Shown here piece after piece: positions 37,172 through 43,091 of a DNA stretch of 43,091 nucleotides (position 1 is the stretch's first letter; every line of letters starts with the position of its first letter). The stretch is from Flavobacteriales bacterium. GTDB taxonomy: Bacteria; Bacteroidota; Bacteroidia; Flavobacteriales_D; Crocinitomicaceae. The notes below the pieces were generated by a model. The model searched no databases. It was not told the DNA's origin and saw only the letters and a list, made by a program, of their open reading frames with translations. The translations under genes and the position numbers were made by a program. The stretch spans positions 1 through 43,091 of the forward strand of contig CANJQZ010000001.1 in the NCBI GenBank assembly GCA_947476515.1, read 5' to 3'.

Positions 37172-38113
37172 ATGTTTCGTTCCTACGGATATATCATAGT
37201 TTTAGTTGGTTATTCTGGATTTGCATTTTCGCAACTTTCCCAAGATTGGGCGATGAGTCAACTGTTATCTTATTCAAGCACAGGTTATGATATTGTAAAT
37301 CAATTTCATAAAAATGGGAGATCCATTTCCTATGGTGGAAACTCCACCTCTTCCAGTATGCATCATTTGGAATTTTGTGAATTAAAAGATGTCAAAAGCT
37401 TTTTAAATTCAATATCTACAACGGTTCATGAAACAACCCATGCTTTTGATAGCCAAATTCCCTATATGCGCTCAAAACAAGGGGAAAATATCCCTAACTT
37501 ATCTAAATCAGAAGGCTTTTATATCAATGAATTCCTTAGTTACAGCTATAATTACCCTAGCACTAAGCTATTCCCTAGTATTGAATTAGCGCATGCAATT
37601 CCAGAATCACTTCAAACCTTAAGGTATAAAACATACATTATCGCACAGCCCTCACAATCAACTCAAAGCAGTGGCATTATAGGCTTAATGGAAGAATTTA
37701 ATGCCTATTATCATGGAACAAAGGTCATTTATGATCTCTACCCATTATTTCAGCAGGAATATACAACAAGTGTTTATTGGGCCTGGCCAACTAGCTTCAT
37801 TAGTAACGCTGATGCATTCTACGAGTTCGACTTCTTTATTAAAGAATATCTTCTTTATGCTAAAACAAACCATCCCGAACTTTATGAGGAATTGCATAAC
37901 GATTATACCTTCAGGACTATTTATCAAACAATTAGAAAACAATTTAAAGAATTAATCACACAATATGAAAAAAAGTATGATGTACTTACCAAAACCAAAT
38001 ATGGAGGAGTGACAACAAATAAACACAGTGAAATTTATACTGTACTTTCAAAGCAAATTGAATCTGAAAGATACCAAGTAATCGTTGCGGATTTTCTTGG
38101 ACAAGTCAATTAA
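37172..38113 (+). CDS. hypothetical secreted protein with HExxH motif (possible zinc metallopeptidase)
   Basis: N-terminal hydrophobic signal. H86-E-T-T-H90 at 37427-37441. No further family recognition. Confidence 0.4.
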   Translation: MFRSYGYIIVLVGYSGFAFSQLSQDWAMSQLLSYSSTGYDIVNQFHKNGRSISYGGNSTSSSMHHLEFCELKDVKSFLNSISTTVHETTHAFDSQIPYMRSKQGENIPNLSKSEGFYINEFLSYSYNYPSTKLFPSIELAHAIPESLQTLRYKTYIIAQPSQSTQSSGIIGLMEEFNAYYHGTKVIYDLYPLFQQEYTTSVYWAWPTSFISNADAFYEFDFFIKEYLLYAKTNHPELYEELHNDYTFRTIYQTIRKQFKELITQYEKKYDVLTKTKYGGVTTNKHSEIYTVLSKQIESERYQVIVADFLGQVN

Positions 38114-38332
38114 GAGTGCTTTTAAAATCAAAAAGTTTTTACAGGGAGGCTCCTGAGGGTGATTGGATAAAAACAAATTTATGCTTCGGATTTTGGGTGG
38201 AAATTTATTATAAAAGGTGATGTTTGCTAACACTGGTTTAGCTCCTCTCGATACAACCCCAGCGAATTAGGGGATAATTAGGTGCTTATCTCAAGCATAT
38301 ATGGCTCACAATGAGTCCTTGATTATAAAAAC

Positions 38333-38364
38333 AAAAAACCTACTATGCAAATAGTAGGTTTTTT
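38333..38364. terminator. bidirectional rho-independent terminator
   Basis: CCTACTAT (38339-38346) pairs with ATAGTAGG (38351-38358). Loop GCAA. A-run 38333-38338 on one side and T-run 38359-38364 on the other. It lies 20 nt past the stop of the minus-strand gene 38385-38699. Confidence 0.8.
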
Positions 38365-38384
38365 AAGTTTAGACTTTTTTGGTA

Positions 38385-38699
38385 TTAATACAATTCCATT
38401 GTAGTACATCCTTCGGTAACATTAACAGTACCCGACCACGAATTAGTTCCATCACCTGCAGTATAATTATAAGAGCCAGTTTCTAAGTGACTAAAAACAG
38501 CAGAACCCGAAGCTCCACAAGCAGGAGCAGAAGCATATTCGCTTGAAATATTTGAAGATACCCCATTAAGGTCAACTACTGTAATACTAAAACCGCTTCC
38601 TGTTTTCTGCCAAAAAGTAACATCACCATATTTTGTTTTCCGGCAAGAAGACAATAGGATTACTGATAAAATTGATAATAATAATAGTGTTTTTTTCAT
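38385..38699 (-). CDS. small lipoprotein
   Basis: 104 aa with signal peptide and lipobox LLSS-C19. Ser/Gly/Thr-rich beta-type sequence. Confidence 0.55.
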   Translation of the reverse strand: MKKTLLLLSILSVILLSSCRKTKYGDVTFWQKTGSGFSITVVDLNGVSSNISSEYASAPACGASGSAVFSHLETGSYNYTAGDGTNSWSGTVNVTEGCTTMELY

Positions 38700-38923
38700 T
38701 TGTAAATAAATTAAATAATCCTTACTCTTTAGGCTTTTCAGGAACCGCCATTTTTATTTTTTCTATTTAGGTTTTTTCTTCATTTCAAAATTTACTTCAC
38801 TTAGTGGCTTGATTTAAGCACCTGTTGGTTTGTCTACTAGCATATAACCCCACATCAATGTCAACAAATTTACCCAAGCCATATCGTATTAATTTTGAAG
38901 TTAATAGTCTTATAAAAAATATT

Positions 38924-39322
38924 TTATTCTATTCCATCAAAGTATTCTCCTACCATCATTTCAGGTAACTTTAATTTTGTTGTGATTTTTTTCAATTCCT
39001 TAATATAGTTAGCTATTGCGTTTGGATTATGTGGTATTCTGAAAGACAAAGTTGTGATACCGTCTTTAAATGTAGCCTCAACTTGACAATAAAACTCAAA
39101 AGGATTTATTCTTCCAACATTTTGCCATAATGTTACCTTTCCATGACTTGCATTAGCTTCATAATCTCTACTTCCCCAATTCGCTTCTCTTCCGGCTTCT
39201 TTGCATTTGTTCAATGCTTCTGTGATAGAAGTTTTTGAAGTAATTGTAACTTTCGCAACTTTTTGTGCATTTGCAACCCCGAATGTTAGCAACATTGTTG
39301 CCATAAAAATTATTGATTTCAT
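38924..39322 (-). CDS. hypothetical secreted protein
   Basis: 132 aa with a signal peptide ending VANA-Q. No motif recognised. Confidence 0.5.
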   Translation of the reverse strand: MKSIIFMATMLLTFGVANAQKVAKVTITSKTSITEALNKCKEAGREANWGSRDYEANASHGKVTLWQNVGRINPFEFYCQVEATFKDGITTLSFRIPHNPNAIANYIKELKKITTKLKLPEMMVGEYFDGIE

Positions 39323-39424
39323 TTTTATTTTTTTTTAGGTCCCTACTTACATCACATTTCGGATTGTGCGCCATTTGCATGGTTTCTATACTCCATTAAT
39401 TGAACCAAAAATAACAAATAATTT

Positions 39425-39452
39425 AATAACACGAAATATATTTCGTGTTATT
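39425..39452. promoter_or_regulatory. 28-bp perfect palindrome, candidate operator for the XRE regulator
   Basis: AATAACACGAAATA|TATTTCGTGTTATT reads identically on both strands. It sits in the divergent intergenic region, about 20 nt upstream of the likely XRE start. Confidence 0.5.
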
Positions 39453-39473
39453 TTTTCTGTTAATAGTTCACTT

Positions 39474-39719
39474 TTGATTGTGATTAAGAAAATTGATATT
39501 GAGTTAAAGAATATAGGTCAAAGAATAAAGGAAATCAGGGGTGAAAAAAAGCTAACTCAAAGCAGTTTAGCTTCACTTTGCGATATAGATGTTAGGACAA
39601 TTCAACTCATTGAAAAAGGATCTATGAATATGAGCTTGAAGGTATTTTTTGCACTTTCAGAAGCATTAGAAGTTTCTCCTGAAGAACTTTTTAGACTTAA
39701 AGGAGGAAATATTAGTTAA
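39474..39719 (+). CDS. XRE-family helix-turn-helix transcriptional regulator
   Basis: IGQRIKEIRGEKKLTQSSLASLCDIDVRTIQLIEKG is a canonical HTH_XRE pattern. The track start (GTG at 39366) adds 36 implausible residues and would bury the palindrome. Likely starts are TTG at 39474 or GTG at 39480. Confidence 0.75.
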   Translation: MIVIKKIDIELKNIGQRIKEIRGEKKLTQSSLASLCDIDVRTIQLIEKGSMNMSLKVFFALSEALEVSPEELFRLKGGNIS

Positions 39720-39738
39720 CTTCCCTCTTTTTGTGACC

Positions 39739-39760
39739 TTACTTCCCAGTTTGGAAGTAA
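39739..39760 (+). terminator. hairpin after the XRE gene (weak terminator candidate)
   Basis: TTACTTCC (39739-39746) pairs with GGAAGTAA (39753-39760) across a 6-nt loop. No T-run follows. Confidence 0.3.
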
Positions 39761-40059
39761 CTACTGAGCCCAAATCTGTGTTTCACATTTGTATAAGCCT
39801 CGCCTGAAGGCATTGATAATGCTATAGAATTGCTTTCTGTATCTCCAAGAAAGCACCACGATCCTGAATTAAAATCAAAATACGACAGTGAACTCATTGA
39901 GCATATTGATTTTAAATAAAATAGGTATCTTTATTTTTTAAGGGATTTTTATAGAACGCCAAAAAGTATACTAACTGAACCTATAACAAACAGCTCATTT
40001 GTAGACTATCGATTAAAGTGCTGAAAGAAAATTAATAAACCTACTAAGACAACATCACT

Positions 40060-41226
40060 ATGGCAGACTTATACCCACTTTCAAAAGAAGAATTTGAAAT
40101 ATTATATGACAAAGCTTGGGAATACGGCTGGGTATATGGTAAATTTTTTCAGGAATTATATGATGAATACCTAGTAAACTGGGTGTACTTTGTCGATTAC
40201 CTTGATGTTCTTAAAGGTGCAGATGAAGAAGAAAGAATGTACGCAAGAGTTCAGAAAAAATTTGTTATTGTTTATGCAAAAAATCAACAACCAATTTTAA
40301 TTGAAGCAGGAGATTTTTATTTTGATCTTTTCAAAAAAAAAGAAGTTGAACAGGCAGTAACTGAAATTAATGTTGAAATTCTAATAGGCGAAGCACCTCC
40401 TTTTTGGAAAGGAAATGATAAAAATAAGGATAAATCATATTTTTATAATCCCTTGCAAACAAATAATAGTCCTTGGTTAAATGGTCCTGCAAATTGGAAG
40501 AGTTTAGAAAATAAATTTACTACTTCACTAAAAAATCAGGTCGAAATAAAAATTGAAAAGTTAAAATTATTAGCCAAAAAAAAAGTTGTTTTAATTGATT
40601 TTTTGCCCTTTCCAATTATTCAAAATACTAAAGTAAGGCAAAATATTTCTGGTGGTTTCTCATATCTTTTGAGTAATTATTTTATTTCTAAGTATAATGA
40701 AATTACTTGCTATATCCTCAATTCGAAAGAAAAAGAAATTAACTTTAAACATGGGTTTGTTGCCACGACATACACTTCATTACAGTTTATTTTTGATAAT
40801 TCTTTTGATAATAGTGCTATTGATTTTAGAAAAACAATACTAAACAGCCCAATAAATGATTTTGTGGATATTGGTAAATTGAACTTTGGCGAATTAAATA
40901 AGATGATTATAACATTTAAAAACAAAGAAAAGATATTGAAAACAAGTAAAATAAAAAGATCTCGAGAAATTACTCCTCTGTTTAAGTTCATATATGAACT
41001 TCATACTAGTAATAAATTTAATATTGCAAATACTGATATTAATAATACTATAGATGAATTGAACACTATTGGATTGAATATGAAATGCCCCATATTTATG
41101 GTTGAGGGTGGATCAGTTAATATGAGTAAGTCTTTTTTTAATTCAATAAATAGCAGTTTAAGAAAAAAGGAAATAAAAAAAATTAATTCAGATTTAATTG
41201 AGAATAATAATGAAATTGATGAGTAA
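40060..41226 (+). CDS. hypothetical protein, no recognised family
   Basis: 388-aa uninterrupted ORF with an ATG start. Composition is Lys/Asn/Ile-rich and very AT-rich. No catalytic motif can be assigned with confidence. Confidence 0.55.
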   Translation: MADLYPLSKEEFEILYDKAWEYGWVYGKFFQELYDEYLVNWVYFVDYLDVLKGADEEERMYARVQKKFVIVYAKNQQPILIEAGDFYFDLFKKKEVEQAVTEINVEILIGEAPPFWKGNDKNKDKSYFYNPLQTNNSPWLNGPANWKSLENKFTTSLKNQVEIKIEKLKLLAKKKVVLIDFLPFPIIQNTKVRQNISGGFSYLLSNYFISKYNEITCYILNSKEKEINFKHGFVATTYTSLQFIFDNSFDNSAIDFRKTILNSPINDFVDIGKLNFGELNKMIITFKNKEKILKTSKIKRSREITPLFKFIYELHTSNKFNIANTDINNTIDELNTIGLNMKCPIFMVEGGSVNMSKSFFNSINSSLRKKEIKKINSDLIENNNEIDE

Positions 41227-41313
41227 CATAATAAATTTTAATTAATTTATTTGAAATCAATCTCCACAACAATTTTGCATACCTAAAACATTTCTTCGTT
41301 AAAAACATAACTA

Positions 41314-42822
41314 ATGCCATTAAAATACCCACATCAATTATCGAAGTCGCGCTTTGTTTCTGGCGCGCAATGTGCTAAAAAACTATATTTCGAGCGATAC
41401 CGAAAAGAATTAAAACCTGCTATCACGCCGAGACAACAAGCTATTTTTGACCAAGGAAATTTGATTGGAAAAATGGCACATGGGTGTTTTCCAAATGGTA
41501 TTGATCTAAGCAGCCAAACACATTTTGATTATACTGATGCCATTGATAATACGATTGTTGAAATGCAAAACAAGACAAGTGTCTTGTACGAAGCTGCATT
41601 TTATCACGATGAAGTATTATCCGTTTTAGATATTTTAGAACATGATGCTAATGGAGATATTCATGCCATTGAAGTAAAAAGCAGTAGCAAAATGTATGAT
41701 TATTATATTACCGATGCCGCTTTACAATATTGGGTGATGGAAAATGCTGGGCATGCTCCTAAACGATTTTCTTTGATGCACATAAATATTTCATATGTAA
41801 AAAATGGCGCCATTGATATGAATGAATTATTTACACTAACAGACATTACTGCTGAAGTTATTAAAAAACAAGCCTGGGTAACTAAAAAAATTCAAGCACT
41901 TAAGCAAATTTTACAAACAGGGTTAGAGCCAACTCAAGCCATTGGAGCACATTGTTCTAAACCTTTTGACTGCGACTTTAAATCACATTGCTGGGGTAAT
42001 TTATTAGATAAGGACAAGGTGTTTAATTTATATAACGGAAGAAAAAAAATATGGGCTTTATATGACAGTGGCATTGTAAACCTAGCGGATGTTCCAAATG
42101 ATTTTGAATTATCACACCGCCAAAGTTGTCAAGTAAATGGTCAAAAAACAGGTGCTACACATGTTGATAGAAAACGCATACATCAGTTTTTAAATACGGC
42201 TGCATATCCCTTGTATTTTTTCGATTTTGAAACAGTTAATTTCGTTGTTCCTGTCTTAGACGGTACCTCACCATTTGAGCAAGTTGGCTTTCAATATTCA
42301 TTACACATATTGTCTTCAATAGGAGGAAAATTAGCGCATAAAGAATTTTTAGCACAAGAAGCAGATTTTACAAACCCACATACTTTGAATCCACGCCAAG
42401 CAATGATTAATCAAATGAAACATGATTTTGGAACAACGGGAAGTATTGTTGCCTATGGAGCAAGTTTTGAAAAAGGGGTTATTGAACGATTGGCGGAAGA
42501 TTTTCCTGCTGACAGCGTATTTTTAAGAGGCCTGAATAATCGTATGATCGATTTATTAACTGTTTTTGAAAATGCTTGGTATTATACACCGCAATTAGGT
42601 AAAAGCGCCTCTATTAAAGATGTATTGCCTGCTTTGGTGCCCACTTTATCATATGCCTCGTTACCAATAAATAATGGTGATTTAGCCAATAAAACATTCA
42701 TGAGTATGATTGACGGATCATTTAAAGGGGATGTAAATGAAACCCGAAATAACTTATTGGCCTATTGTAAATTAGACACCTTGGCAATGCTTGAAATTTG
42801 GAAAGTACTTTGTGCTATATAA
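41314..42822 (+). CDS. DUF2779-like protein: Cas4/RecB-like four-Cys PD-(D/E)xK nuclease fused to a DEDDy-type 3'-5' exonuclease-like domain
   Basis: N-terminal LSKSRFVSGAQC20AKKLYF. D106...E120-V-K122 (41671-41679). C214-x5-C220-x5-C226 (41953-41991). FFD304-F-E306-T (42223-42231). AYGASFE386. Y484-CKL-D488 (42763-42777). Confidence 0.65.
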   Translation: MPLKYPHQLSKSRFVSGAQCAKKLYFERYRKELKPAITPRQQAIFDQGNLIGKMAHGCFPNGIDLSSQTHFDYTDAIDNTIVEMQNKTSVLYEAAFYHDEVLSVLDILEHDANGDIHAIEVKSSSKMYDYYITDAALQYWVMENAGHAPKRFSLMHINISYVKNGAIDMNELFTLTDITAEVIKKQAWVTKKIQALKQILQTGLEPTQAIGAHCSKPFDCDFKSHCWGNLLDKDKVFNLYNGRKKIWALYDSGIVNLADVPNDFELSHRQSCQVNGQKTGATHVDRKRIHQFLNTAAYPLYFFDFETVNFVVPVLDGTSPFEQVGFQYSLHILSSIGGKLAHKEFLAQEADFTNPHTLNPRQAMINQMKHDFGTTGSIVAYGASFEKGVIERLAEDFPADSVFLRGLNNRMIDLLTVFENAWYYTPQLGKSASIKDVLPALVPTLSYASLPINNGDLANKTFMSMIDGSFKGDVNETRNNLLAYCKLDTLAMLEIWKVLCAI

Positions 42823-43000
42823 CAAGTGCTGAACCAATGGGGAACATACATACACCGATCATTTAAAAAACACCGATGTTTATTAGAATCATCAGTAAAA
42901 AGAAAATTTAATTCACTTACGCGTTATATTTTGTTAAGTGCCTCGTAGTGTATGTATGCAAAAACTTTATGAAGAAAAATGTTATTGGTACTATTGGTTA

Positions 43001-43091
43001 ATGGAATCAAAACGACGGATCGAGCTAACCTTCAACCTGCTCATTTATTCCTTTATTGCCACATTTATATGCTTAGTGGCTTATTTTTTAA
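43001..43091 (+). CDS. 5' end of a membrane-protein gene truncated by the window edge
   Basis: The ATG at 43001 opens a frame that runs to the edge: MESKRRIELTFNLLIYSFIATFICLVAYFL, a basic N-terminus followed by a hydrophobic helix. Confidence 0.3.
   Translation, partial: MESKRRIELTFNLLIYSFIATFICLVAYFL

Noticed and set aside
38814-38882. A 22-codon minus-strand mini-ORF (MAWVNLLTLMWGYMLVDKPTGA) upstream of the small lipoprotein gene.
   Set aside because: There is no evidence beyond an ATG and a stop. Such ORFs are frequent by chance.
39366-39473. A 36-residue N-terminal extension of the XRE ORF, from the GTG at 39366.
   Set aside because: The extension (MRHLHGFYTPLIEPKITNNLITRNIFRVIFSVNSS) has no protein-like character. 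It would bury the 28-bp palindrome in coding sequence, and HTH_XRE domains normally begin within about 10 residues of the N-terminus.
39797-39919. A start-less 40-codon open frame (…SPRKHHDPELKSKYDSELIEHIDFK*) between the XRE gene and the orphan, possibly the 3' remnant of a disrupted gene.
   Set aside because: It has no start codon and no recognisable motif, and is too short to distinguish from chance. It is only worth checking with a translated search.
2015-40991. Short ORFs in the track that lie antisense to or out of frame within the large genes: 286-474, 2015-2248, 2402-2602, 3576-3758, 5483-5746, 8366-8587, 12854-13048, 13073-13255, 16342-16584, 20713-20901, 21032-21217, 21528-21740, 24580-24912, 31323-31565, 31360-31587, 33121-33342, 34861-35169, 36322-36543, 37701-37955, 37745-37942, 38048-38233, 39168-39380, 40710-40991.
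   Set aside because: Each is fully embedded in a longer ORF that carries clear family motifs. Their translations are low-complexity or hydrophobic noise typical of AT-rich antisense frames. None has its own start context.
42969-43001. A 10-codon mini-ORF (MKKNVIGTIG) whose TAA overlaps the ATG of the truncated membrane-protein gene, a possible leader peptide.
   Set aside because: It is too short and uncharacteristic, and the downstream gene is itself uncertain and truncated.
38803-43081. The 11-mer CTTAGTGGCTT occurs both near 38806 and near 43071.
   Set aside because: Many exact 11-mer pairs are expected by chance in a 43-kb AT-rich window, and the match does not extend on either side.
1-43091. 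Search for tRNA, rRNA, CRISPR arrays, transposases, integrases and long repeats.
   Set aside because: I found no cloverleaf-like or rRNA-like GC-rich segments, no periodic repeats and no DDE or tyrosine-recombinase-like ORFs. By-eye scanning cannot exclude small or degenerate elements.

Overview
This is an AT-rich, gene-dense chromosomal window that looks like Bacteroidota, probably Flavobacteriia-type (TAnnTTTG-like -7 boxes, many lipoprotein or signal-peptide genes, flexirubin genes). About 34 kb (roughly 1.9-35.9 kb) is one biosynthetic island, a flexirubin-type pigment cluster. Its core is a type-II-FAS-like aryl-polyene line: an MIO aromatic amino-acid ammonia-lyase, four Cys-His-His ketosynthases, three degenerate Cys-less KS partners, three ACPs, a FabG-type reductase, two hotdog dehydratases and a thioesterase. 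This is joined to a dialkylresorcinol module (DarA/DarB) and to tailoring enzymes: a methyltransferase, a WxWxIP flavin halogenase and two CrtI-like flavoproteins. An envelope-delivery set is also present: LolA-like protein, LpxL-like acyltransferase, GT2-DUF2062, NodB deacetylase, ABC-2 exporter and an MMPL-PlsC-methyltransferase triple fusion. Two members are less expected. One is a BtrH-like ACP-dependent acyltransferase beside darAB. The other is a translationally coupled pair of a PaaK-like adenylating enzyme and a membrane-anchored C45 (isopenicillin-N-acyltransferase-like) Ntn enzyme. The right 7 kb looks accessory. It holds small secreted proteins and lipoproteins, an HExxH protein, an XRE regulator preceded by a 28-bp perfect palindrome, and a very AT-rich 388-aa orphan. 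It ends with a 502-aa fusion of a Cas4-like four-Cys PD-ExK nuclease and a DEDDy-type exonuclease (DUF2779-like). That three-gene block is my best candidate for an undescribed defence or DNA-processing module. I saw no rRNA, tRNA, CRISPR array or transposase. All family names come from motif recognition by eye; no searches were run. The ORF track uses TTG/GTG as well as ATG starts, so I shortened several 5' ends where an internal start fits better.
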